This document shows positions 46,159 to 55,929 of a stretch of 64,000 nucleotides of DNA, piece by piece (the stretch's first letter is position 1; every line of letters starts with the position of its first letter). The translations under genes and the position numbers were made by a program. The stretch is from IMG/VR virus record IMGVR_UViG_3300034375_009390. The stretch is one strand, 5' to 3'. The stretch is from an uncultured virus (IMG/VR IMGVR_UViG_3300034375_009390) (Duplodnaviria > Heunggongvirae > Uroviricota > Caudoviricetes). The notes under the pieces are model-generated. The model was not told the DNA's origin, searched no databases, and saw only the letters and a program-made list of their open reading frames with translations.

Positions 46159-46743
46159 CTAAACCTGAGCCCATCCGGCAGCTGTGTAAATATAAAGTCC
46201 ACTAGGAGCTGCTGTTTGATAAAACAGTGTCCCCTGTTGAGCGGATCCCGGCAAGGCTGCGTCAATAGCCGCGACGGGGATACCCGTGGCGATTACCGTG
46301 CCACTCGAAAGCAAACTACCCGAGGACAGGATCGCGGTCGAAGAAGTCTGAGCGAAAGTACCGCTCGCGAAGATAGCGCCGGACGCGAGTAGAGCCGTAC
46401 TCGCTTGAGTCGCAAACGCGGCAGAATCAGCGTAACCGGCTCCGATTTTTACCCACGCTGAACCGGTCCAGACGTTTAAGTAAGAATTGGGGCTGCTGCT
46501 ATCCGTCCAAAGCTCGCCAACAGAGTTGCCGGGAATACCTGCAGGGGTCGAGTTTGGTGCAGTTGTGCCGTAATGCGCAGGTCCAATCTTTCGGATATTG
46601 CCTGCTGTGTCTTCAAAGTACAGACCCGGATCAACAGCACCCCGAGAGATTGCAAGTTCTCCGCCTTGTACAACAACACCGCTGGGTCGGTCAGACGACA
46701 GGCCGGAGCGCTTGAGAAGTAAAATAGAAGGAGTAGATGTCAT
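46159..46743 (-). CDS. Tail fibre-like protein
   Basis: ILLLKRSG..RP..GELAI N-domain; GELWTD. Confidence 0.65.
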   Translation of the reverse strand: MTSTPSILLLKRSGLSSDRPSGVVVQGGELAISRGAVDPGLYFEDTAGNIRKIGPAHYGTTAPNSTPAGIPGNSVGELWTDSSSPNSYLNVWTGSAWVKIGAGYADSAAFATQASTALLASGAIFASGTFAQTSSTAILSSGSLLSSGTVIATGIPVAAIDAALPGSAQQGTLFYQTAAPSGLYIYTAAGWAQV

Positions 46744-48278
46744 CAGTAAGTTCCGCCGTTCACGAGAGACGGGAAGCCAGTTGGTGGTATTAGAACACCG
46801 TTGGCGTACTCGCCTCCATCCAGTATATTAGTCGGCTGTTCGACTAGAACACCGTTTTCGTAGGTACCGCCGTCGTAGGTTGTCAGATCATCAAAATTGA
46901 TCGGAGCAAACGGATCGAACTCGTCGACCGTAAACATCTCAAAATATCCCTTATTAATCGTAGACGGTCCTGATAAATCCCCGTAATTAAGTGTCTTAGA
47001 CATCATATTATACATATCAGGATATGTCATATGCGTCGGCATGTCGTCTTTTGTCGGTGAATACCGCTGCCACCAACGAAGATCTTTTTCCCGACGAAGA
47101 AAATCCGACTGCTTTTTAAGATCTCGGTCAAACTTCTCTCGGTAGTATTCGTTCATCGGCTCGTCCGTCGGCTGCGGTAGCCACGGTGCCGTCATGTTCT
47201 CTTGACCGTACTTTCGCTGCAGATCCCACATCGCAGCGTAAATATGTTTACACCATTTAGGTTGGTAGTAGAAAAAATTAGGGTCGGAGTAAACCGGTTG
47301 TGTGTAACTTGGTATGTTATAGATCTCGTTAGTGTAAATAAAACCAAACGTTCTGGCAAAACCAGGGTTGTCTAAAGAGTTAGAGATTCTGTTTGTTTGG
47401 TCTACACCCGCGTCGTAATAACCGGGTGCCGTATTTAACACGCCTGTGTACGGGTACTTTCGCTTGATTGAAGCTTGGTAGAGATCGAAACCTTCTCTAC
47501 CTAGGAAATCAGGACAAGTACATTGAGTACGCATCTCCGTTGTCAAGTACTCACCAACAGCAGGTGGCCCGGACGCTGGAATCGTCATCGTATTTTCGTC
47601 AACGACAGACCAACTATTAGTAGCCGCGAAAGAGAGGAACAGCGTGTTAAAGATCGGCGCGTAGGAGGGTGTAACAGGTACACCGTTTATTCCCACGGCG
47701 GTGACGGTGTAGTTGTTAAACCCAAATCTTTTATCCGTACCGTCAGCGTTAAAACGGTTAGAAACAACCTCACCAGTGAAGAAGGAAATCGGCGCTCCGA
47801 AGTTGCTACTAAGCCGAACGGCGTAAGTTGTGTCGTTATAAGTTGTTACAGATTGAACAGCGTAATCGAAGTCAATAAACCGAAAGGAATCACGCGGACG
47901 GACCCCGACCATCCACATCTTCATGTCGGACCGCGTGGTCGGATACATAAAGCAGAGACCGGGAAGGAAAACACCAACCCCCGGTGTACCTGACACAAAG
48001 TACTTAAAACTGTACGTCAGTCCGCCGTACGCCTCTTGTGCGTACATCGACAGCTCGTAGCCACGCCTCCAACGAGACCAAAGCGAGGCGTAGTCGTAGT
48101 CACTTAAGACGCTGAAATCCTTGGTTCCGACAGCGGGCCGGAATCGACGCTCAAAAGGAAGGGGTCGCAAAAGCGCCCCCTGATTATCAGATCCTTTGAC
48201 TGACGGTACTTTGTTTATACCGTTGTTTGCTTTAAACGAGTTGAAGTTAAAACTATCTGATCCCCTTCGGCGTGCCAT
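46743..48278 (-). CDS. Large virion protein with split SWIM-like Zn motif
   Basis: CTCPDF ... WCKHI; C-terminal (D/N)GG(T/E)Y x3. Confidence 0.65.
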   Translation of the reverse strand: MARRRGSDSFNFNSFKANNGINKVPSVKGSDNQGALLRPLPFERRFRPAVGTKDFSVLSDYDYASLWSRWRRGYELSMYAQEAYGGLTYSFKYFVSGTPGVGVFLPGLCFMYPTTRSDMKMWMVGVRPRDSFRFIDFDYAVQSVTTYNDTTYAVRLSSNFGAPISFFTGEVVSNRFNADGTDKRFGFNNYTVTAVGINGVPVTPSYAPIFNTLFLSFAATNSWSVVDENTMTIPASGPPAVGEYLTTEMRTQCTCPDFLGREGFDLYQASIKRKYPYTGVLNTAPGYYDAGVDQTNRISNSLDNPGFARTFGFIYTNEIYNIPSYTQPVYSDPNFFYYQPKWCKHIYAAMWDLQRKYGQENMTAPWLPQPTDEPMNEYYREKFDRDLKKQSDFLRREKDLRWWQRYSPTKDDMPTHMTYPDMYNMMSKTLNYGDLSGPSTINKGYFEMFTVDEFDPFAPINFDDLTTYDGGTYENGVLVEQPTNILDGGEYANGVLIPPTGFPSLVNGGTY

Positions 48279-48281
48279 GGA

Positions 48282-48836
48282 TCAATAGAATCCACCTTGC
48301 GCTAACACAGTAATACCGGAAGGACTTAAACCACCAGAAACCGCTGCGTTCCCTTCGCCGAGATAACCGGCACAAAGGATGTAACCTTTTTCGAGGTACA
48401 GCCCTTCCGACTTACCAATCTCGATCGGCGCAGCGAGAGCTACATTACCGACCTGAGGTGTGGGTGCGTTGGTAGCCAAAAGCTGGATACTCTGAGGATA
48501 ACCAACAGTCGAGCCGCTAAGACCAACTTCGACACGAGCGACCATCAACGCAGCCGACGTTGAAGGCGCCGCCTGATTAGGCATATAGACGTAGAGGCCG
48601 ATATCGGCGGTACGCATACCGCTGTTATCGGGGTAATCCTCGTTAGAAACAATCGCAATGTCTTCGACTAACGCAGCGTCCTCAGAAGGAAGATCGCCCA
48701 CGCGGACAAGCTGAACCAGATCCGTCAGATTCGGGTTCGTGGGATCTGCGACAGGAGTGGAGCTGGTAATGCGTGCGCCTCGTAGAAATGGACGATCTAC
48801 AAGGCATGGCTGCTTGTTGGTGCTAGTAGATGCCAT
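48282..48836 (-). CDS. Virion structural protein
   Basis: 184 aa, beta-rich, in the structural operon. Confidence 0.6.
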   Translation of the reverse strand: MASTSTNKQPCLVDRPFLRGARITSSTPVADPTNPNLTDLVQLVRVGDLPSEDAALVEDIAIVSNEDYPDNSGMRTADIGLYVYMPNQAAPSTSAALMVARVEVGLSGSTVGYPQSIQLLATNAPTPQVGNVALAAPIEIGKSEGLYLEKGYILCAGYLGEGNAAVSGGLSPSGITVLAQGGFY

Positions 48837-48864
48837 GTGTGCGCTCTAGGTTAATTTGTACAGA

Positions 48865-49260
48865 TCACGCAGCGGGCTGCGTTTCGCGTTCGTAAGAAGG
48901 TTCGCGTTCCTTACGAGCAAACTTGGATTGGGTATCGGCAAAGATACGGTCCAAGATTTTTTCGAGAGTGGTGTCTTGTTTCTGACCGAAGTAATCGCTA
49001 AGAGCCCGCGTGGCCATACCCGGAGGAGCGGGATCCATACCCCTCAGACTACGAACAACATTTCCGATCCCCTCAGCAATCGAACCAATTCCGAGAGCAG
49101 TCTCACCAAAGGAACGCCCAGGCTGTTGCGGGCTGGGAGCCATAACCTGCCCCCCGTAAGAGGGGACATTGGGGATAGAAGGGATATTGAATCCAAGGTC
49201 TAAGTTTGGAGTCTGCGTAAAAACGTCAGAACCGAATGGGTTGAGGTAGCTGTTAGTCAT
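48865..49260 (-). CDS. Hypothetical protein
   Basis: 131 aa, co-oriented. Confidence 0.6.
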   Translation of the reverse strand: MTNSYLNPFGSDVFTQTPNLDLGFNIPSIPNVPSYGGQVMAPSPQQPGRSFGETALGIGSIAEGIGNVVRSLRGMDPAPPGMATRALSDYFGQKQDTTLEKILDRIFADTQSKFARKEREPSYERETQPAA

Positions 49261-49265
49261 CGGAA

Positions 49266-50933
49266 TCAGCGGTACATGTTGACAGGAGGCTGCCCGATGT
49301 AAGCAGCAGATCGAGGAGCCATAAACTGACGAAGATCAGCGCTGCCTTGGAAGTTACCCATGGGATCTTCCACCCCCATCTTCATCGAACCTTCTACAAG
49401 TTTATTAACGTTCGAACCGGCCTCGGATGTAATTTCGGTCTGCTTCATAACCGGCATTTGTTGGCTAGGCATTGTCCGCCTCTGCTCCATCAGGCGGTAG
49501 GCCAGCACGGGATTAGCCTTAGCCCAGCGCTCAAAAGCGACATCGCTTTCGATGCCTACGGAGCCGGGTGCCCCAGTACCACGTAGACCGGCTAAGGTCT
49601 GCTCGATCTGACCAGGCGATGTAGCAGCGGCGCGTTCCACTGCGTACATGCCACGGGCTCCGGAACCTAATCGACCGGCACCTTGTGCTTGAGCGTTAGC
49701 GGCAGCCTGACGGTAGTTCGACTCCCCGTCATTAGTCCGGATGACTACTTGACCGCCGCCGACCATGCCGGGTTGAGGCATAGAACGCATAGCGGGCTCC
49801 AGAGCTTCAGGAGCCGGAGGATTGGCGGTATTCGGGAGATCGGGAGTAGCGAGAGGAGTGGGGAGCTGAGCAGCGGGGTCGCCACCAGTAACAGCGGGAA
49901 TCTTCGCGCCGGCTTCAGGACTAGCCGTGGTCGGACCTAGGGGAGATTCAGCCGTAAGCTGAGATTCCTCCTGTCCAAGCATATTAAGGGCTGCTCCAAG
50001 ACCACCAATACCGGCTAAACCGGCAGCAGCTTTATAGAGATTGGAGAGATCCGCTTGACGGGTGCCTCCCACGGCGTTCCGAGAACCCATCGCTGTAACC
50101 GCGTCACTACCCATAAGAGGACGACTTGCGAGAGAGGATAAAGCGGACTCCTGAGTTGGAGTCATCGCACCGCCCCGGGTGATATCTTCGATTCGGACCC
50201 GTTCGATGATCGGGTCGGTCACCTCACCGCCAGGGGAACGAGTCATTGAACCGGGGACTTCTCCGCCCATACGAGCAAGAGCACCGGGGCGACCGCTAGA
50301 CCCACCCTTAGTCATTGCGGAAGAACCCTGACGGACCAGTGCACCCGGTTCGCCGTATTCCAAAGCCCGTAAGTAATCGATGCCCCGAGGGCCGACAAGA
50401 TTGTCAAAAATCTCAGATGTAGGAATTCCGTAAGCGTCGCTAGCTTTATTGGAGATGTCCAGAATCGAACGGTAGGTCCCTGGGTCTGTCTCCAAAAGGC
50501 GTTGAGCTGCTTCTGACTGAGGTACCCACGCAGGAACAGGAGCCTCAGGAGAACTGGTAGCTAAAGCACCTGAACGACCGGTAATGGTGGTGCCGGGAGT
50601 GGAAAGAGCTTCCCGGATGGGAAGAGGCATCTGACCGGGAGCCTGGGGAACACCCGGCCCACGGCGAGGGCCAACCGGAGTTACTTCCGGAGCCTGAGGG
50701 TATTGCGAACGACGAGGAACAGAGCCTGCAGGAACTTCGCGGGGGCCGGGAAGCTGCCGTTGAAAACGCCCGGTGACAGGATTCGGGGGAACATTAATGC
50801 GGGGTTGGACGGGAGTCGGACCACCTTTTTTCACAAAAGATTCAAAAAAGGCGCGGACCACGGGTTCAAGCGTTTGCAACTCGCGCACGCCTTGACGCCC
50901 GGCCCCTACTAGTTCTCCTAAAAGCCCAGCCAT
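49266..50933 (-). CDS. P/G/A-rich low-complexity protein (internal virion?)
   Basis: 555 aa, largely disorder-like. Confidence 0.7.
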   Translation of the reverse strand: MAGLLGELVGAGRQGVRELQTLEPVVRAFFESFVKKGGPTPVQPRINVPPNPVTGRFQRQLPGPREVPAGSVPRRSQYPQAPEVTPVGPRRGPGVPQAPGQMPLPIREALSTPGTTITGRSGALATSSPEAPVPAWVPQSEAAQRLLETDPGTYRSILDISNKASDAYGIPTSEIFDNLVGPRGIDYLRALEYGEPGALVRQGSSAMTKGGSSGRPGALARMGGEVPGSMTRSPGGEVTDPIIERVRIEDITRGGAMTPTQESALSSLASRPLMGSDAVTAMGSRNAVGGTRQADLSNLYKAAAGLAGIGGLGAALNMLGQEESQLTAESPLGPTTASPEAGAKIPAVTGGDPAAQLPTPLATPDLPNTANPPAPEALEPAMRSMPQPGMVGGGQVVIRTNDGESNYRQAAANAQAQGAGRLGSGARGMYAVERAAATSPGQIEQTLAGLRGTGAPGSVGIESDVAFERWAKANPVLAYRLMEQRRTMPSQQMPVMKQTEITSEAGSNVNKLVEGSMKMGVEDPMGNFQGSADLRQFMAPRSAAYIGQPPVNMYR

Positions 50934-50958
50934 TAGAGTGCTCTACTTTATGTGTATG

Positions 50959-51579
50959 TTAGCGCCAATTTGCGTAGAAAAACAGGCGATCAGCTCGTGA
51001 CACATCAGGAGGACCAGGAATAGCTTGGATGAATTCCCCTCCACTACGTTCAAATCTGTACCGAGCGGCTACGGGGTCTCGATAGTTAGGCACATAAAGC
51101 ATCTGTGCTAACCTTTCAGTTTCGTAGAGATAATTTTCTTTCCAAATACGTGCAGTTTCTCGTTTGTCTTGGATGTTAATAGAACGACTAACGTCGCCTA
51201 AAATTGTTTCCTGACGACTTGTAGCACGCCCAGTAGCTAACTCAGTTAGACGCTCAGCTTCCTCACAACGTTCGACAGCTTGAATAATTTTATCGTAATA
51301 GTATTCACTAGGAATACTGTTACAAGCTTCCATAAGACGAGCATAGTCACCCGCAGGAACTGTAGCAATATTGTACCCCAAGTGATACGCTACACGACTA
51401 AAATTAAAATCATCAAGTCTGTAACCGAAGACCTGCGGGGGATTACGTGTTAGCTGATTAACAGCAGCGTAAATTACTTGACGCTTAGTAGCGTCAGTAG
51501 TGTCAGGTTGAAATACTACACCCTGCTGAGCTAAATAACTTTGTAACTGCTCAAGCTCTTGCTGAGTAAATTGAGCCAT
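50959..51579 (-). CDS. Putative head-tail connector
   Basis: Helical 206 aa downstream of the capsid genes; call is by position only. Confidence 0.45.
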   Translation of the reverse strand: MAQFTQQELEQLQSYLAQQGVVFQPDTTDATKRQVIYAAVNQLTRNPPQVFGYRLDDFNFSRVAYHLGYNIATVPAGDYARLMEACNSIPSEYYYDKIIQAVERCEEAERLTELATGRATSRQETILGDVSRSINIQDKRETARIWKENYLYETERLAQMLYVPNYRDPVAARYRFERSGGEFIQAIPGPPDVSRADRLFFYANWR

Positions 51580-51641
51580 TCTTAAACCAACCGGTCATAT
51601 ATCTAATCTTACCGAACTTACGTTATTTAGATCGAATTAAC

Positions 51642-52079
51642 TCACTCGACGTAAATCGAATCGTCAGCCAGAACCTCGTCCCAATCGACGCGCTTAATTG
51701 AACGAAGCTGATCAAGTTTCGTAAAGCGCTCACCAGGCAGCGACTGTTTAAGCTCGTAAATCTCGGTCGCTGTCTTCAGACCAACGCCTTTAAGAATTTG
51801 AGTCAGCATCTGAGGCGTGGCGTTGTTTAAGTTAATTCGGTTCAACGCCGGTACTTCTGAGCGAACAATTTGCCGACCACGCCGTTGCTTAACAGATTTT
51901 GCAGGCGTCTCTGGTTCCTTAACAGACTCAGTGATCTGCTCTCTGTATGCGAAAAATACCTTACCTGTAGTTTGAGACCTGACCATAAGATACTCACCGT
52001 CGTCGTGAGTACTCAAAAGGTCTACTTTGACGCCGCTTGGCTTGTAGGTGTACTCCTTCATTTGAGTGGCAGTCATCAT
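51642..52079 (-). CDS. Helix-hairpin-helix (ComEA-like) protein
   Basis: RINLNNAT..L..ILKGVGLKTA..I...RFTKLDQL. Confidence 0.8.
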   Translation of the reverse strand: MMTATQMKEYTYKPSGVKVDLLSTHDDGEYLMVRSQTTGKVFFAYREQITESVKEPETPAKSVKQRRGRQIVRSEVPALNRINLNNATPQMLTQILKGVGLKTATEIYELKQSLPGERFTKLDQLRSIKRVDWDEVLADDSIYVE

Positions 52080-52140
52080 GTAGCCATAATCTAAGACAGT
52101 TTACCCAAGATAGACTGAAAAAACCAATAGTGCTCTCCAG

Positions 52141-52566
52141 ATGCCAAACCCTAAAGGACTTCGTACAGCAGGGCAAGCTATCCCGGTCGTAAACACTGTC
52201 CTAGATGCTGCGAATGTGGGGTACGAAATTGTAAATCCAAATGAACCTAGTAGAGCACAGCGTTTACTAAACGCGTTAATTGTAGGTGGAGGTAACGTAG
52301 CTGCCGGTTTAGCAACGGGAGGAGCTGACGTTATCCCTCAACTGCTGGGAGCTTTCGGAGTCAAATCACCAGTTCAAAATGTAAATCCGGATGCTCAGCT
52401 GAGGCGACTGGCTTATCGGCTAGGCCAAGGAAAAGAAATTGGTCTCCACGCGGAGGAGCAAGACGAAGCCATCCGCAGGTTTGCCGCACAGAAAAAACGG
52501 GAAGCGACGTACACCCCTGAACAAATTCGGCAAATTTACAGCCGTGGCTTGGGTGGAATGTTCTGA
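52141..52566 (+). CDS. Hypothetical protein
   Basis: 141 aa; TAGACT upstream. Confidence 0.6.
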   Translation: MPNPKGLRTAGQAIPVVNTVLDAANVGYEIVNPNEPSRAQRLLNALIVGGGNVAAGLATGGADVIPQLLGAFGVKSPVQNVNPDAQLRRLAYRLGQGKEIGLHAEEQDEAIRRFAAQKKREATYTPEQIRQIYSRGLGGMF

Positions 52567-52567
52567 C

Positions 52568-52595
52568 AATAAAAAGCCCCTCCCGAAGGAGGGGC
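52568..52595 (-). terminator. Terminator of the capsid operon
   Basis: GCCCCTCC-TTCG-GGAGGGGC-TTTTTATT. Confidence 0.85.
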
Positions 52596-52617
52596 GTTCA
52601 CTTCCTTCCTGAATTTA

Positions 52618-53496
52618 TCAGGAGGGGACAGTCGAGGTGAAGACACTAGATTCCACCACGCCGCCAGGCTGGAGAGCCAGGTCGTCGCGCTTGGGAGCAG
52701 CATCAGGCACGATCCAGCACACTTCGCACACGGCGAGTGCTTTGTCCTTGCCCTTCAGGCTGCCCACACCGGCACGGGGGTCGAAGGTACCCGAAGCCAG
52801 AGCGAGACCAGAAGCAACAACGCCACCGAGGTTCTGAGTGGCGAACAACTTCCAGGTAGTCTCAGCCGACAGAGCGGAGAGGCTGTTGGAGTTGATGATG
52901 TTCACCGAGGCATTGCTGCCGTTCTCGATGCGGCTGCTGGAACCAGTCACGGATACACCGAACTGACCAGACACAACGGTGCCGTCGCTGCGCAGACCTT
53001 GACCCACTGCGGGAACCAGGCTGAGCTGAGGAGTAGCGGAACCGCCGCCCACACCGCTGCTGATCACATCGCCGCCATCCACACGGAGGGAGGCACGATA
53101 CACATAAGCGCCAGCAGGCACTTTAATACCGTCGGTGATATCCGAACGGATGTCCTTGTGGAAATCCGGGGAGGGGATGATCACATTGGCGCTGCTGAAG
53201 GCTTGGTTAGAGCCGTTCAGACCGGAACCATAGGGTTGGGTGTAGTAATCCAGCTGGTTGTTGGTGCCGAGAGCCTGATAAGACAGGTCCACGTAACCGA
53301 TTGCCTGTTGGGCAATCCAACCGGGACGGAACACCACGCCGACAGGACCGCCAACCGGTTGGTTGGTCAGAGTTTCGGAGGTTCCGTTTTCGTTGTTATA
53401 AACAACGGACTTTTCTTCGTGCCAGTAACGAAGAACGTTGGTGTAGTTGCCGGGATAGATCTTGGCAACTTGAAGCTGGTTGGAGTTAATCGCCAT
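52618..53496 (-). CDS. Capsid-associated structural protein
   Basis: Directly after the MCP, with GGAGG RBS. Confidence 0.65.
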   Translation of the reverse strand: MAINSNQLQVAKIYPGNYTNVLRYWHEEKSVVYNNENGTSETLTNQPVGGPVGVVFRPGWIAQQAIGYVDLSYQALGTNNQLDYYTQPYGSGLNGSNQAFSSANVIIPSPDFHKDIRSDITDGIKVPAGAYVYRASLRVDGGDVISSGVGGGSATPQLSLVPAVGQGLRSDGTVVSGQFGVSVTGSSSRIENGSNASVNIINSNSLSALSAETTWKLFATQNLGGVVASGLALASGTFDPRAGVGSLKGKDKALAVCEVCWIVPDAAPKRDDLALQPGGVVESSVFTSTVPS

Positions 53497-53510
53497 CGTT
53501 AGTTACCTCC

Positions 53511-54626
53511 TCAAGCGTTAAAGGAGTACGCGATGGTGGCGAAGTCAGCGTTCAGGAGTTCGAAACCTGCGTACAGGCTCCAAATCATCATGATGAAACG
53601 GCTGAAGTCGTCATTGTTGTTCAGCAGAACCTGAGCGTTGTTGCCGCCGATACCGACGCCCACGCTCTGGGGACCGAAGAACATACCAATAGCACTCTCA
53701 TAAGAAGCAGAGGTGCCGCCGATGGTGGCAGTCTGATTCTGAGAAGGCATGTTGGTGGATTCGAAGAAGCGGACTCCCTCGAACACGAAGCCGGTGGGCA
53801 TGATGGGCTCACCAGCCACGAAGGTGGCTTGACCAAAGCCCTGACCCATGTACAGCGCAGCGTTGGGCTGCATCGCCGACATGAGAGGGTTGATCTGACC
53901 GTTGCCAGGATAACGAGCGACCTCGCGGAAATCGCTGTTCTGACGCAGGTGCATCAGGAAGGTGGGATCGCAAACGCAGCGATAGAAACCGTCCTGGTAG
54001 GTGGGGACGTTCCGCTTACGCATGGACTTAACCACGCGGAGCAGGTCATCCTTAACGTCGAACTTAGCCTGTTCGGCGTTGCTGTAGGTCAGGGAACCAA
54101 CAGCAAGATCACCAGGGTAGTAGTAACCACCTTGGGTGTCAGAAGCCTGACCCTTAGAAACAGCTTTCAGGAGTTCATTGATGAACACCCGATCGCGCCA
54201 ACGACGGTAGTCGTCGAGCAGAGTCAGCGAACCGATCGACTGGTGGAAAGCGGTCAGATTGCCGGTATCCAGCAGCAGACGCTGAGCGGTGATCAGGGTC
54301 TCGCGAGCAATCTTGAAGGTGCTCGGTTGAGTAGGATCACTCGGGTCAGCAGGACCGGTGTACTCGCGAAGAGTCACGAGCACTTTGTCCTTCACAATGT
54401 TGCGGCTGTTAGCAGTACCGATGGTCTGCTCAGCAGTACGCTCACGTGATTCTTTGCTTCCCGGATTGCCCCAGAACCTGTAGCGGTCTAACTGCACAGT
54501 CTGGCCTGGCTGCTTACTGAAGTCATGAACGACCACAGGCTCTGCTGCCATTTCTACAACGTACGCGGGGTGCGGACGGTAGAGCTCGGCGCCGAGAAGC
54601 TTCGGGAAATCATTATCGACAAACAC
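53511..54626 (-). CDS. Major capsid protein
   Basis: 371 aa after portal/scaffold; GQTVQL, YRCVCDP, FEGVRFFEST, WSLYAGF. Confidence 0.8.
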   Translation of the reverse strand: MFVDNDFPKLLGAELYRPHPAYVVEMAAEPVVVHDFSKQPGQTVQLDRYRFWGNPGSKESRERTAEQTIGTANSRNIVKDKVLVTLREYTGPADPSDPTQPSTFKIARETLITAQRLLLDTGNLTAFHQSIGSLTLLDDYRRWRDRVFINELLKAVSKGQASDTQGGYYYPGDLAVGSLTYSNAEQAKFDVKDDLLRVVKSMRKRNVPTYQDGFYRCVCDPTFLMHLRQNSDFREVARYPGNGQINPLMSAMQPNAALYMGQGFGQATFVAGEPIMPTGFVFEGVRFFESTNMPSQNQTATIGGTSASYESAIGMFFGPQSVGVGIGGNNAQVLLNNNDDFSRFIMMIWSLYAGFELLNADFATIAYSFNA

Positions 54627-54706
54627 TGTCGATAGCTCCAGAAACTACAAAACAAGTTTAACCATAAATAACGGTCAAGTTACGAGAAAATGTCGCATTT
54701 TTAGCG

Positions 54707-55456
54707 TTAAAACGATTTTTGATTGCTGCTATTGACGGATGGACTGAAAGTACGTACGAGATTACGTACACTCTCAGAACCTTGAAGATAAATAGAACCG
54801 TAATTTGATACGTATCGTGTCGCACCTCCTCGATAAATATATCTTAAAGCGCTGGACATTAAACCAGGAACGCTAGAACGAACAGTTTCCGTATAAGTTT
54901 TACAGTAAACAGGAGGGTTATAAACCCACTCCGATCTGTTAGCTGTTCCTTGAGAACCGAGACTATTCGTTAAGAGGCCACCTTCGTAACGACCGTGGGT
55001 AACCCCACCTCCCGTCTTCCCTTCAGCCGCAGTATTCCCTTCCGGAGTGTTGTAAGGGGTGTAGTCCTGGTTATCTGGAGCGGCGCCTCCGAAATACGTA
55101 TATTTTCCAGCATCTCTGACCCCAAATTCGGGGCCTAAAGATGTCTGAACCTTGGCGTTGGCGATTGCCGTAACGCTTAACGCTCTGTAACCGTTGTAAA
55201 CACTCAGAACTCCGCTTGCTTGGTAGTCGGAATCTTGAAAATCAGTCCAATATCCCGATATAGCAGGCGGAACTTCTCGCCACGCGGTGGTCGAGTACAC
55301 CCCAGAAGTCATCGGACCGGGTGTAACGATGCCTACATCTGCGCCCGTATCTACGATGCCGGAACTTACGACGATGTAACCCTCAGAGATCGGTCCGCTC
55401 TGCAGTCTGTGTAATCCTGTGTCGTATTTGTAGTTGGATAAAGGAATGTAGCCCAC
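54707..55456 (-). CDS. Virion protein
   Basis: 249 aa, G/S/Y-rich. Confidence 0.6.
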   Translation of the reverse strand: MGYIPLSNYKYDTGLHRLQSGPISEGYIVVSSGIVDTGADVGIVTPGPMTSGVYSTTAWREVPPAISGYWTDFQDSDYQASGVLSVYNGYRALSVTAIANAKVQTSLGPEFGVRDAGKYTYFGGAAPDNQDYTPYNTPEGNTAAEGKTGGGVTHGRYEGGLLTNSLGSQGTANRSEWVYNPPVYCKTYTETVRSSVPGLMSSALRYIYRGGATRYVSNYGSIYLQGSESVRNLVRTFSPSVNSSNQKSF

Positions 55457-55486
55457 TTATTTACACCAACTACATATATTGTAGCC

Positions 55487-55654
55487 TTATTCGGGCGTAG
55501 CAGGCGCGATTTGGTTATTTAAAGTCTGGATGTCGGTGCTAATCAAAGCCATGTCGCGCTCATACGCCGCTTTGAGCTCGGAAAGTTCTTTTTTGAGCGC
55601 TTCTACCTCTGCGCTAGGAGAAGTCCGCTTACGGCGACCGATAGGATTAGCCAT
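55487..55654 (-). CDS. 55-aa coiled-coil protein (not in track)
   Basis: MANPIGRRKR..EVEALKKELSELKAAYERD. Confidence 0.55.
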   Translation of the reverse strand: MANPIGRRKRTSPSAEVEALKKELSELKAAYERDMALISTDIQTLNNQIAPATPE

Positions 55655-55829
55655 TTGAGCTCTGTTTCTTACGTTTAATATACTCGGAAGCTTTTTTCTT
55701 CGCCTTGACGCGTTCGGGAAGCTTACCTTTTGTTTTTTCCTCGTACTCCTTCACCTTCTCCTTCGAAATCTCGCCGCGCTCCTGCATGGCGTAAAATTTA
55801 CGTCTTTGGGCCTCCGATTTGAACGGCAT
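55647..55829 (-). CDS. Small basic protein
   Basis: MPFKSEAQRR..LPERVK. Confidence 0.65.
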   Translation of the reverse strand: MPFKSEAQRRKFYAMQERGEISKEKVKEYEEKTKGKLPERVKAKKKASEYIKRKKQSSNG

Positions 55830-55873
55830 AGCTGTAAAACTGCTGAATTAATCGTAACTTACACTGAGACAAT

Positions 55874-55905
55874 AAAAAACCCCGCTCGCTCCAAGCGGGG
55901 TTTTG
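55874..55905 (-). terminator. Intrinsic terminator
   Basis: AAAACCCCGCT-loop-AGCGGGGTTTTTT. Confidence 0.75.
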
Positions 55906-55929
55906 TCCCCATCACCACTATAGTGTAGC

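Noticed and set aside
53829..54449. 206-aa plus-strand ORF (also 52999..53502)
   Set aside because: Antisense shadows of the codon-biased capsid operon.
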